Positions 26,700 to 35,600 of a stretch of 64,000 nucleotides of DNA are shown here, piece after piece (within the stretch, counting starts at the first letter, position 1; each line of letters begins with the position of its first letter). This DNA is from a virus, in IMG/VR virus record IMGVR_UViG_3300005436_000501, positions 32,001 to 96,000 of that record, one strand, 5' to 3'. The notes below the pieces were generated by a model. The model made no database searches, was not told the DNA's origin, and saw only the letters and a program-made list of their open reading frames with translations. The position numbers and the translations under genes were made by a program.

Positions 26700-27173
26700 A
26701 TGCGCGACCGAGCGGCCGACATGCCGACACAACCACTACCCGTGATCAGGCCCCACACCGAGTGCTGGCCGGGCAGCGGCGTGCTCGCGTTCCTCGCCGG
26801 CGAGGCATGGCTGGCCGCGGGAATCCTGCTCGCCGCGCAGGGCACCGTGACCGCCGCCGCGCCGGGTGGCGTACGCGTCGCGGTCTGGGTCAGCGTGTGC
26901 GCCTGCCTCCTGGTCGGGCTGCTCTGCGCAGGCGCCTGCATGGCATCGCTCGCCCTGAGCGCGATCCGCGCGGCCAAGCGCCCCCGGCGCCGGCCCCGCC
27001 TGGTACCCCCGCCCAGGGAGCAGTCCCTGGCCGCCTACCGGGACGAGTGCCGGGATCTCGCCGAGCGCGCAGCGCGCCTGCACGCCGAACCCGGCAGCCA
27101 GCAGCCCTACACCGGGCCCCGCCTGGTCGACGCCCGGCAGGTGCGCGACGAACACCAGGGCGCGGCGGGCTGA
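26700..27173 (+). CDS. Two-TM membrane protein downstream of the repressor
   Basis: RBS GGGGAG; two hydrophobic helices. Confidence 0.6.
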   Translation: MRDRAADMPTQPLPVIRPHTECWPGSGVLAFLAGEAWLAAGILLAAQGTVTAAAPGGVRVAVWVSVCACLLVGLLCAGACMASLALSAIRAAKRPRRRPRLVPPPREQSLAAYRDECRDLAERAARLHAEPGSQQPYTGPRLVDARQVRDEHQGAAG

Positions 27174-27175
27174 GC

Positions 27176-28681
27176 TCAGCGCAGCCAGTCGAACTCGTAC
27201 CGCTGCGGGGTGACCGCGCGCATCCCCTTGCCCCCCGGGAACAGGGTCACCCGCACCAGCCCCCGGATCGCCGCACGCCGCTGACGCATGTCGAACTCGT
27301 CACGCCACACCGTGCGCGCCCCCGGTCCCGCCAGCCGGCGCAGCACCACCGGCACCGTCGCGTCCCGCGCCCGCTCCCGCGCCGCCTCGATCAGCGGCGT
27401 CAGATGCGCCTGCAACGCCATGAACTCGCCGACCGGCAACGCCATCCGCCCGTCCCTCACCGTCGCCGCGAGCACCCGCGCCTGCGCAAGCTGATCCTCC
27501 ATCGCCGCCGCGTCCGCGAGCGCCGCCCGCACCGCGTCGCCGCCGTCCGCGGGCGCCAGCGACGCCGCGAACCCCGGCTGCTCCACCCGCTTGAACACCG
27601 CCATCGTCACCAGCGCGTCCAGGGCCGGCTCCCGCATCGACACCCGGTAGCACTTCCGGCACGTGTACGACCACCCGGCCGCCGACCGGGTGGGGCGCAA
27701 CACCCGCACCGGCTCCTCCGAACCCGGGGCCCGCGTCGCGGCGCACACCCCGCACAGCACCAGCGCGGACAGCAGGTGCGTGACGTCCGAGTCACGGTTC
27801 ACCCGCCGTCCGTCCGCCGTCAGGACCCTGCGCAGACCGTAGTAGGTGACCTCGTCGAGGATCGGCTCCCACGTCGCGTCGACCATGGTCTGGTGGTGCT
27901 GGCGTTTGCCGACGTTCGACAGCCGCAGCAGCAGTCCGCGCACCGCGAGCTGCGACCACTCTTTCGCGTGCGGCGCCGGCACGGCGCGCGCGTTGAGATC
28001 CTTCGCGATCGAGTACATCGACTCGCCCGCGAGGACCCGCGCCGCGCAGTCGCGCACCACCGCGGCCTGCTCCTCGTGCAGGACCTGGCGCAGCAGCGCG
28101 CCCGTGTCCGGGTCGTACTCGCGCCGCCACCCGTACGCGATCCGGCCGTGCGGGCGGCCGCGTTCCGCGTTCAGGCGCACGGTGCGCAGGTTGTTGTCGC
28201 GGATGCGGTCCACGTCGCGTTCCGCGAGCAGCGCGTCGAGGTGTGCGGTGAACCGGTCGTCGGAGCACTCCATGTCGAGCAGGCGCCCGTTGATGCACAG
28301 CAGGATCCCGCGCCGCTCGCACAGGTCTTGCAGCACCAGGTAGGAGCGGGTGTTGCGGTTGGCGCGGGAGGACTCCCACACCACCACCACGTCGCATTCG
28401 CGGACCTCGTCGTCGACGTCCAGGCGCCGGACCATCTCCTCGTAGTCCGGGCGGCCCCGTTTCGCGTAGCGGGACGCGGAGCGTCCCGGGTCTTCGAAGG
28501 TGTCGGCGACGACCCATCCGTGCGCCTCGCACAGGCGCCGGTTCTCCAGGTCCTGGTCGCGGATCGAGGTTCCGCCGCGCGGGTTCAGGCGCGAGTTGCG
28601 GTCGTAGATGAACGCCCGCAGCGGGGTGCCCGGTGCCGGGCGGGCGGCGGCGCCGGGGCGCCGGGTTCGCGGTTTCGCCAT
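27176..28681 (-). CDS. int: Large serine integrase
   Basis: IYDRNS catalytic motif, S..DQ, D.GRSA..RP, DVVVVWESSRANR, recombinase domain (YGW), zinc ribbon CGVC..YTC..C, coiled coil. Confidence 0.95.
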   Translation of the reverse strand: MAKPRTRRPGAAARPAPGTPLRAFIYDRNSRLNPRGGTSIRDQDLENRRLCEAHGWVVADTFEDPGRSASRYAKRGRPDYEEMVRRLDVDDEVRECDVVVVWESSRANRNTRSYLVLQDLCERRGILLCINGRLLDMECSDDRFTAHLDALLAERDVDRIRDNNLRTVRLNAERGRPHGRIAYGWRREYDPDTGALLRQVLHEEQAAVVRDCAARVLAGESMYSIAKDLNARAVPAPHAKEWSQLAVRGLLLRLSNVGKRQHHQTMVDATWEPILDEVTYYGLRRVLTADGRRVNRDSDVTHLLSALVLCGVCAATRAPGSEEPVRVLRPTRSAAGWSYTCRKCYRVSMREPALDALVTMAVFKRVEQPGFAASLAPADGGDAVRAALADAAAMEDQLAQARVLAATVRDGRMALPVGEFMALQAHLTPLIEAARERARDATVPVVLRRLAGPGARTVWRDEFDMRQRRAAIRGLVRVTLFPGGKGMRAVTPQRYEFDWLR

Positions 28682-28822
28682 GTCTCAGAGGGTAGCGCGC
28701 ACCTATGCGGGATCATTGGCTTCTCGGTCGAGAGCCGATGTATTGCGCGGTTCTGGTCGTGGGGTGCGTGCACCGATATCCGAACGGCCGCTGTTTCCGC
28801 TGGTCAGTGGCCTGGGAACACG

Positions 28823-28874
28823 AAAAAGCGCGCCCGTCCCCGCTCGCGCACGTGGCGCAAGGGGGACGGGCGCG
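28823..28874 (-). terminator. Rho-independent terminator of the late/lysis operon
   Basis: 13-bp stem CGCGCCCGTCCCC/GGGGACGGGCGCG with a T5 run downstream on the minus strand. Confidence 0.8.
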
Positions 28875-28909
28875 TGGCTCGTCGAGCTAACGGAGTGGTC
28901 GGGTCGTGC

Positions 28910-29389
28910 TCAGTGGTGCGTCAACGCGACGATCATGGCGACGATCGCGCCGAGCATCAGCACCACGGACACCGCGACCGTCCAGCCGGCGTTGAGCCCG
29001 GTGCTGCGGCCCTCGGTGCGGTCGATCCGCGTGGCCAAAGCGTCGATCTTGTCGGCGTTGGTCTGGATCTGCAGCAGCGCTTCGGCGCGGGAGATGAACG
29101 TCGCGGCCTGGTCGGACAGTTGCCCGCGGAACTCGTTGACCCCCTCGAATCTACGTTCTGCCGCGAGTTCGGCTTTGCTCACGGCCCGGTCGGCGGCCGT
29201 GAGCGCCGCGGCGACGGCCTCTTTCTGTGCGGCGAGCGCCGCGGTGACCGCGATCTGCTGGTCTGCGAAGCGCCGCTCGTTGAGTTTCTCGGCGGCTTCG
29301 ATCGCGAGCCTGCTGACTTCGGCGGCGTGTTGGATCGCGGCGTCGGCGTAGACGCGCAGGGTGTCCAGGGTCCAGCCGTCGTCCGGCAC
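28910..29389 (-). CDS. Coiled-coil membrane protein (lysis region)
   Basis: RFEGVNEFRGQL; C-terminal TM helix. Confidence 0.8.
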   Translation of the reverse strand: MPDDGWTLDTLRVYADAAIQHAAEVSRLAIEAAEKLNERRFADQQIAVTAALAAQKEAVAAALTAADRAVSKAELAAERRFEGVNEFRGQLSDQAATFISRAEALLQIQTNADKIDALATRIDRTEGRSTGLNAGWTVAVSVVLMLGAIVAMIVALTHH

Positions 29390-29411
29390 GGCACCCCCGT
29401 CCGGGTGGTGG

Positions 29412-30365
29412 TCAGTCCAGGCGCCGGATGAGCGCGGGCAGGTTGAGGCCGAGCAGGGAAGCGCCGCCTGAGGGTGCGGGCACCGGGGTTCCCGGTGTGG
29501 CGGGTGTCGCCGCGTCGGCCGGGGGCCGGGCCGGGCGGCCGGGGTTTCGGTGCAGGGACTGCGGCGGCGGGGCCGGGGTCGTGCCGGGTGCGGCGGTGGG
29601 CGTGCTCGCGGACGGGGTGGGCGTCGGGGACGCGGGCGTGCAGGTGTAGTGCGGTGCGGGTGTCTGGCCGTCGGGGGCGCACGAGTACTGGTTGCCGCTG
29701 GGGTCGGTCCACGACCATCCGGCGGGCGCGCTGCCGGGGGCGCCCGCGGGTCCGGCGGGCCCTTGTGGGCCGGCGGGCCCTTGTGGGCCGGCGGGCCCTT
29801 GTGGGCCGGCGGGCCCCGGGGCTCCGTCCTGCCCGTTGCCGCCCGGGCTGCCGGGGGCGCCGGACGGTGCGGGGTTCGCGGCCATGTACGCCGCGACGGC
29901 CGCGGCGACCTGCGCGTCGCTCGGCGGCGGCCCGGGTGCGGGGGGGTGCGCGGCCAGGTACTCGGTCACGGCCGCGTCGATGACCGGGGTGGGTACGGTG
30001 CCCGCCGGGGGGTGCTGGCCGAGGTACACGTCGACGGCGGCCTGCACCTGTGCGTCGGACGGGCCCGGGCCCTGCTCGCCCTGGGGGCCGGGCGGTCCGG
30101 CCTGCGCGATGATCGACGCCGGGGGTGGCGCCGACGGGGAGATGCCGTGCGCTTTGAGTTGCTGCTCGGTCGTGCCCAGGGCCGCCGCCAACTGGGCGAT
30201 CGCGGTGCTCTGGACGCTGATCTGCTGGCCTTGCGCGTCCAACTGGTCGCTCGCGGCGCCGAGCCGGGTCACCATCCACACCAGCACCAGCACCGCGAGC
30301 AGCGCGAGCAGCCACACCGACGTCCACAGTCCGCGGCGCCGCACGACATCGCTGACCGGCCTCAT
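29412..30365 (-). CDS. Membrane-anchored collagen-like protein
   Basis: N-terminal TM, coiled coil, G-X-Y repeats, GPxPSDAQV repeats, YSC..YTC pair. Confidence 0.85.
   Translation of the reverse strand: MRPVSDVVRRRGLWTSVWLLALLAVLVLVWMVTRLGAASDQLDAQGQQISVQSTAIAQLAAALGTTEQQLKAHGISPSAPPPASIIAQAGPPGPQGEQGPGPSDAQVQAAVDVYLGQHPPAGTVPTPVIDAAVTEYLAAHPPAPGPPPSDAQVAAAVAAYMAANPAPSGAPGSPGGNGQDGAPGPAGPQGPAGPQGPAGPQGPAGPAGAPGSAPAGWSWTDPSGNQYSCAPDGQTPAPHYTCTPASPTPTPSASTPTAAPGTTPAPPPQSLHRNPGRPARPPADAATPATPGTPVPAPSGGASLLGLNLPALIRRLD
29753..29815. repeat. 18-bp tandem repeat x3.5 encoding GPAGPQ
   Basis: CCGGCGGGCCCTTGTGGG repeated. Confidence 0.85.
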
Positions 30366-30367
30366 CG

Positions 30368-30787
30368 CTAATGGATCCCCTTCGATGCGGCGAGCGCGGC
30401 CACGATCACCCCCGCGAGCGCGACCGCCACCGCCAGCAATCCGACCGCGCGCTGCCACGTGAATTCGCTGCGTTTCTCCCGCTCCGCCTTGAGCGCCGCG
30501 ATCTGCGCGCGGTTCTCGGCGCGCGCCTGCTCGATCTCCTTGTCGAGGTCCTCGCGCAGTTCCTTGACGTCGCGTTCGTGGGCGGTGCGCAGGTCGCCGA
30601 CGGCGCGTTCGATGCGTTCGCGGTCCACCACGGACTGCGCGATGTGGTCGGCGAGTGCTTTCTGTAGCGCCTGGTGCGCGGTCTCGTAGAGCCGCGCGGG
30701 TACGGAGTCCGTGGCGAGTTGCCGCTGGGCCTTGTCGAGGCGGTCGAGGTTGCGGGCGAGTTCGCCCAGAGTCAGGTCGTCGGCCAC
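30368..30787 (-). CDS. Coiled-coil membrane protein (holin-like candidate)
   Basis: LTLGELAR..; C-terminal TM helix; next to the endolysin. Confidence 0.7.
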   Translation of the reverse strand: MADDLTLGELARNLDRLDKAQRQLATDSVPARLYETAHQALQKALADHIAQSVVDRERIERAVGDLRTAHERDVKELREDLDKEIEQARAENRAQIAALKAEREKRSEFTWQRAVGLLAVAVALAGVIVAALAASKGIH

Positions 30788-30838
30788 GGGCGGCCTCTCT
30801 CGTTCGGCCGGGGTCCGGGGCCGACGGGTGGCGCGTGC

Positions 30839-31753
30839 TCAGTTCTTCGCGGCGGCGCTCAGGGCGGCGCCGAGGTGCTGCTCGAGGGTCACGGCGAACT
30901 GGTCGGCGGTCAGTTGCACACCCTGCGCCGCGGCGGTCTCAAGTGCGGGGCCGAGGGTGGATGCGAGCGCCGCGGCGAGCGCGGCGACGTCCACGGCGGG
31001 CGGCGAGGACAGGGCGGCGACCGTCTTGTTGAGGTTCGCGAGCGCCGAGGCGAGCGCCGCGGTGCCCGTCTTGCCGTCGTTCGTCGCGACCCACGCGCCG
31101 TGGGCGAGCTGCCCGAGCGGCACGTTGTGGCCGGTGCTGCCGTCGGGGAAGGTGACGTCCTCGCGGCCGTAGTTGTAGACCGCCGCGGCGACGGCGGCGA
31201 TGTCCTGTTGTGTGAGCGGCATGTCTGCTCCTCGGGTGTCCCACAGGGGTGTGTCGGCGGCCACGACGGACAGGTCCCAGGGGTGCCCGAGTTGCGTGTC
31301 GCCGGCGTATTGGCGCGCCGCCCACCCGGACGCGAGCCGGGTCGCGGCGGCGTCGCGGTCCCAGTTCGCGACCCAGTAGCCGCCGGAGGGGCGCGGGTTG
31401 CCCAGGACCGTGGACTGCTGCCCGTACACGGCCACGAGCCACCCGGCGGCGTGTACCGCGGTGTCGTAGGCGCGCAGGTATATCGGGTCGACGCGGTCTT
31501 CGAAGTCGAGCGCGGTCAATGTGCCCGCCGGCTGGCCGTGGGCGCGGCACCAGGCGATCAGCGCGGCGGCGTCTTTCGCGGGGTCGCCGCCGATGTTGCG
31601 GGTCAGGATCGGCAGCCGGTAGCGGCAGGGGATCGCCGCGACTTCCTCGTCGGTCCACACGTGGGGGGTGTCGCCGTGGACGTAGAACGCCCAGGCGTCG
31701 ACCTTCGGGTAGGCGGCGGGCGGGTTTGCCGAGTCACCCATGATCGGGTTCAC
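30839..31753 (-). CDS. Endolysin, GH25/DUF1906-like TIM barrel plus C-terminal domain
   Basis: AFYV..ALDFE..VYG..YWVANW..QY..DLSVV; linker with internal RBS+ATG. Confidence 0.75.
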   Translation of the reverse strand: MNPIMGDSANPPAAYPKVDAWAFYVHGDTPHVWTDEEVAAIPCRYRLPILTRNIGGDPAKDAAALIAWCRAHGQPAGTLTALDFEDRVDPIYLRAYDTAVHAAGWLVAVYGQQSTVLGNPRPSGGYWVANWDRDAAATRLASGWAARQYAGDTQLGHPWDLSVVAADTPLWDTRGADMPLTQQDIAAVAAAVYNYGREDVTFPDGSTGHNVPLGQLAHGAWVATNDGKTGTAALASALANLNKTVAALSSPPAVDVAALAAALASTLGPALETAAAQGVQLTADQFAVTLEQHLGAALSAAAKN

Positions 31754-31998
31754 GGCGTGTCTCCGTCGCCCGTGCGCTGCGGATGTGCGTCGAGGTGTTC
31801 GCGCAGGTCGGCGAGTTGCGCCCGGGTCTGTTCGGCGAGGTCGCGCTGCGCGGCGAGTTCGGACAGCAGTTGCGCGTGGCGTTTCGCCGCGGCGGTGTCG
31901 ACGCGCCTGGACACGGCGCGCCACGCCGCGGTGGGGATCGCTGCGGCGGTGAGCGCGGTCAGGGCCGTGCGGACGCGGGCGGTGTCGGGTCGGCTCAT
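31750..31998 (-). CDS. Small hypothetical protein with hydrophobic N-terminus
   Basis: Coupled on both sides. Confidence 0.6.
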   Translation of the reverse strand: MSRPDTARVRTALTALTAAAIPTAAWRAVSRRVDTAAAKRHAQLLSELAAQRDLAEQTRAQLADLREHLDAHPQRTGDGDTP

Positions 31999-32498
31999 CG
32001 GGCGGCTCCCGTCGGGGGTGTGAAGCGGTCGAGGATCTGCTGGATCTGCGCGAGGATCCGCAGGGCGGCCTGGTCCTGGACGTGGAGGTGGTTGTCTTGC
32101 GCCTGGAGGTGGCGTTGGATCTCGGCCGCCTCGTGCAGGACGGCTTCCGCGTCTTTATATGTGGCTTCCGAGCGGGCGTCAGCGGCCTTCGCCTGGATAT
32201 TCTGGCCTACGATCACAATTGGCAGGAGAATCAGCTGTAAAAAATTGCTGCTAATCCAGGCAACTATGATCGTCATATTATGGGAGGAGATCGCAGATGG
32301 GAGGCTCAGCAGGGCGACGGCGGTGAAAACATATGCCGCCCACATCGTTCCAACCGAGATGGTTATCAACAACCCGAGTCGGGCGTTGAGTCTTCCAAGC
32401 ACGCCGCTCGACCTGGCGCGATGGTCCTCCACACGCACCGGCCCCCGAGCCTTCCGCTCTTCGCGATACGGGTGCGGGACGTGCTCGTAGAGGCTCAA
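31995..32498 (-). CDS. DUF1003-family membrane protein
   Basis: VGTMWAAYVF..AWISSNFLQLILLPIVIVGQN..AADARSEATYKDAE; TTG start with GGAG. Confidence 0.75.
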   Translation of the reverse strand: MSLYEHVPHPYREERKARGPVRVEDHRARSSGVLGRLNARLGLLITISVGTMWAAYVFTAVALLSLPSAISSHNMTIIVAWISSNFLQLILLPIVIVGQNIQAKAADARSEATYKDAEAVLHEAAEIQRHLQAQDNHLHVQDQAALRILAQIQQILDRFTPPTGAAR

Positions 32499-32516
32499 CT
32501 GAATCTCCCCGCCCGG

Positions 32517-32522
32517 TATAAT
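32517..32522 (+). promoter_or_regulatory. Consensus -10 TATAAT 6 nt before the HNH ATG (leaderless mRNA)
   Basis: TATAAT-tattac-ATG, no RBS. Confidence 0.75.
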
Positions 32523-32528
32523 TATTAC

Positions 32529-33284
32529 ATGACGAGTTTGACGCTGAAGCCCTGCGAAGAAACCGACTGCAAGAACCCGTCGAAGGCTCGTGGGCTGTGC
32601 ATGAAGCATTACAACTATCACACTTGGCGGGGAACGCTTCCGCCGCTTAAAAGCTTTACCGACCCCGCATCCCGGTATGAACACTGGATCGACCGGAGTG
32701 ATCCGTCCGGCTGCTGGCTATGGGGCGGTGCGCTCAGTAGCGGATACGGCGTCATCGCGGTCAACGGCGGCAACGACTACGTCCACAGGTGGGCCTACGA
32801 GACGTTCGTTGGCCCGATACCTGATGGCCTGATAGTCGGGCATGTCTGTCACGACCTCGACCTGACATGCCGGGGAGGTGAGTGCGTCCACCGTCGTTGC
32901 GGCCGTCCGGATCACTTGTCTCCGATGAGTAAGGGCGACAACCTCCGCGCGGGGCGCATGGCAATGCTCACGCGGGAGCGCGGGCAGATCCGTAGGGCGA
33001 CGCGCACGCACTGCCGTAACGGCCACGAGTGGACTGAGGAGGACCTGTACATCCGGCCCAGTGACGGCGCCCACATCTGCCGGGCGTGCACTCGGGAGTC
33101 CGGCGAGAGGTACAAGAGAAAGCTGGGGATCGCCACCCGGCCCTACAGGGACAGGGCCGAGTGCCCGCAAGGCCACCCCTACGATACGGTCAACTCTCAG
33201 GGTTCCCGCGTGTGCACGATCTGCGCGAAGGAAGCGCAGGCGCGCTATCGGGAACGGATGCGACAGTCCCGGCTGACCGCGTAG
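32529..33284 (+). CDS. Free-standing HNH homing endonuclease with zinc-finger DNA-binding modules
   Basis: C..C..ARGLC.KHY; CWLW.G..GYG..HRWAYE.FVGPIP.GL..H.C..C.RPDHL..N; THCRNGH and CPQGH repeats. Confidence 0.9.
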   Translation: MTSLTLKPCEETDCKNPSKARGLCMKHYNYHTWRGTLPPLKSFTDPASRYEHWIDRSDPSGCWLWGGALSSGYGVIAVNGGNDYVHRWAYETFVGPIPDGLIVGHVCHDLDLTCRGGECVHRRCGRPDHLSPMSKGDNLRAGRMAMLTRERGQIRRATRTHCRNGHEWTEEDLYIRPSDGAHICRACTRESGERYKRKLGIATRPYRDRAECPQGHPYDTVNSQGSRVCTICAKEAQARYRERMRQSRLTA

Positions 33285-33288
33285 AGGC

Positions 33289-33822
33289 TCACGGCTTGGC
33301 CGCAGCCTGAAGCATGCGGTGGTGAATGGCGTCCACGCGGGCCCGCGCCTCCCCGGCCACCAGGGGGTCGCGGATGACGACGAACGCATTGTCCTGGGCG
33401 CTCTCGCCCGACGCGGACCAGTTCGTCGAGCCCGTGACCACATCGAGGCTGTCGCAGATCAACAGCTTCATGTGTTGGATGGCGCCCTTCTCCGAGCGGC
33501 CCACCGCGATCGACGACGCCGGGTACGCCTCGTGCTCCAGCAGTTTGCGCTCGTGCACCCCGCCGGCTTGGCTCGAGTCGAGGGTCAGTTGCACAAACAC
33601 GCTCTTGTCGGCGAGCTTCTCGTGCAGTGCGTCCGCGACCTCTTCGTCATCGAACCCGTAGACCGCGACTATCAGGGAGGACGTCGAGGCGCGGATCAGA
33701 TCGAGCAGCGCCGCATGAATGTCGTCGACCGGCGAATACAGGGTCCTGAGGTTCGCGGGATAGCCGGGCGGGTAGCCGCCGACTTTGTACTGGTCGAGCG
33801 CGGCGAGGTCGGGCAGCGCCAT
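33289..33822 (-). CDS. Phospholipase D/Nuc-family protein (single HKD motif)
   Basis: IVAVYGF..QHMKLLICD..VTGSTNWS..QDN. Confidence 0.88.
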   Translation of the reverse strand: MALPDLAALDQYKVGGYPPGYPANLRTLYSPVDDIHAALLDLIRASTSSLIVAVYGFDDEEVADALHEKLADKSVFVQLTLDSSQAGGVHERKLLEHEAYPASSIAVGRSEKGAIQHMKLLICDSLDVVTGSTNWSASGESAQDNAFVVIRDPLVAGEARARVDAIHHRMLQAAAKP

Positions 33823-33831
33823 GGCAACCTC

Positions 33832-35007
33832 CTACAGTGCGCCGAGAGGAACGACGCCGGCCATGACGTCGTAGCCGGCGGAGCCCGGGTGCAGGTGGTC
33901 GCCGGAGTCATAGAGGCTGTTCAGCGCGAGCGGGTTGCTGGTGCTCATGGCGGCGCCGTTGAAGTCGACGCAGCCGTCCGCCGTGGAGCCGCCGCTGAAG
34001 ACCCAGGAGTTGTAGATCTCCCGCTGCGTCTCGAAACCCGATGCGCACTGGGGCGCGCCCGCGCAGGGTGTGAGGGTGGCGAGCAGTACCCGCACCCCGG
34101 CGGCGTGCGCCTGCGCGATCAGCGTGTTCTGCGCCGCCTCCAACGTCGCCGCGCTGACTCCGCCGCGCAGGTCGTTGATCCCCGCCGCGTCGATCACCGT
34201 GCGCACCCCGGACACCGCGAGCACGTCGCGGCCCCACCGGTTGGCGAGGTCCTGGTTGCCGGGCTGATCCTGCGTCACCCAGTCCCCGACGATGCCCATG
34301 TCGACGACGCCGTACCCGCCGGGCGCGGCGCGGGCGGCGAGGTAGTCGGGCCAGCGCGTGTCGGCGTCCACGACGGCGCCGGTGCCGTCGGTGATCGAGT
34401 CGCCGACCGCGACGACCGTCTGCGGGCCGGCGGTGTCGACGTCGAGCCCGGTCAAGTACGTGGTGAAGTTGAACATGTTCGTCACCGCGGGATGGGCGAT
34501 GCCGGTGACGTCGCTGCCGATGATGTTGTATTCCTGCTCGTCCGGCAGTTGGTGCACGGGCGCGGAGGTGATCCCGGCGCCGGGTGGGATGTAGAGGCTG
34601 ACCAGCAGCCGGGTGTCCGCGGTCACGGGCAGCGGCACGGGGTCGGACACCGCGGACGCCCCGGGTGGCAGGGTCACGGAGGACGCGCCGCCGAATGTGG
34701 CCTGCACCGGTGCCGCCTGGGTCCACGCGCCGTCGAGCTGCACACCCACCGAGACGCGCCCGAACGTCGCCGTGCTGGTCGCGAAGGTATTCGCGAGGTG
34801 GACGCGGACCTGCGTGCCGCCGAGCGAGACCCGTGCCGCCATCCGCAGCGTCTGCGACTGCCACGGCCCGACGGGGATCGCCTGCGCCTGCGCGGTGCCC
34901 CACGACGCCGACCAGGCGACCGGCAGCCCCGCGGCGCGCGGACCCGCGAACAGTGCGGCCGCGGCGGCGAGCAGTGCGGCGGCGCAGACGGCGATACGGC
35001 GACTCAT
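33832..35007 (-). CDS. Secreted SGNH/GDSL esterase
   Basis: Signal peptide; GDSITDG, G, GIND, DHLHP blocks. Confidence 0.92.
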   Translation of the reverse strand: MSRRIAVCAAALLAAAAALFAGPRAAGLPVAWSASWGTAQAQAIPVGPWQSQTLRMAARVSLGGTQVRVHLANTFATSTATFGRVSVGVQLDGAWTQAAPVQATFGGASSVTLPPGASAVSDPVPLPVTADTRLLVSLYIPPGAGITSAPVHQLPDEQEYNIIGSDVTGIAHPAVTNMFNFTTYLTGLDVDTAGPQTVVAVGDSITDGTGAVVDADTRWPDYLAARAAPGGYGVVDMGIVGDWVTQDQPGNQDLANRWGRDVLAVSGVRTVIDAAGINDLRGGVSAATLEAAQNTLIAQAHAAGVRVLLATLTPCAGAPQCASGFETQREIYNSWVFSGGSTADGCVDFNGAAMSTSNPLALNSLYDSGDHLHPGSAGYDVMAGVVPLGAL

Positions 35008-35543
35008 CAGGCGTGCCCCCAGTAGACGGCCATGCCGGGCTGCGGCCCGGTCGTGAAGGTGGTGAGAGCGCCACCGCTGGTCTGATACGCGCCGAGCTCC
35101 ACATAGTCGCCTGCGTTGAGCTGCAGGATCCCCGCGGTCGCGGTCGCGGTCGGCGTGGATGCGGCGGTCACGGCCTGCGCCCACACGTCGAAATAGACGA
35201 CGCTGCTGCCGTTCTTCAGCAGTCGCGCGACCCTGACTCCCGTGCCGTTGGTCGCGAACGCGGCGACACCGATCACCAGGTACCAGCCTGTGACCTGCGC
35301 CGTGTACCTGGAGTTATTGGTGATGTTGGAATGTCCGCCATATGAGTCGTTGACGGTGGAGTCGAACGTCACCGGGGTGACGGCGCTGTTCGGGATGCTC
35401 TGGACGCTGCCCTGGGTGATCTGCGCGATCGGCGGATTGAGCAGGAACGTCCCGAGGTCGCGCACGCCCGCGTTGAAATACGAGCCGACCTCGGTCTCGC
35501 CGGGCGTGAACGTGCGCGGGATCGGGACGGCGAGGTTCGCCAC
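35007..35543 (-). CDS. Tail fibre/minor tail protein with C1q/TNF-like fold
   Basis: VTFDS..SRYTAQVTGWY..LNAGDYVEL.AYQ. Confidence 0.75.
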   Translation of the reverse strand: MANLAVPIPRTFTPGETEVGSYFNAGVRDLGTFLLNPPIAQITQGSVQSIPNSAVTPVTFDSTVNDSYGGHSNITNNSRYTAQVTGWYLVIGVAAFATNGTGVRVARLLKNGSSVVYFDVWAQAVTAASTPTATATAGILQLNAGDYVELGAYQTSGGALTTFTTGPQPGMAVYWGHA

Positions 35544-35600
35544 CAGGGCACCTCCGGGCTCGGGTCGGCCCGGGAGGGCGGATTACGTGTCGGGTGGCTG

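Noticed and set aside
26627-29431. 934-aa + strand ORF, and similar long ORFs at 39660-42371, 51251-53092 and 33319-35025
   Set aside because: Antisense shadows of real high-GC3 genes; Arg/Gly/Val-rich with no motifs
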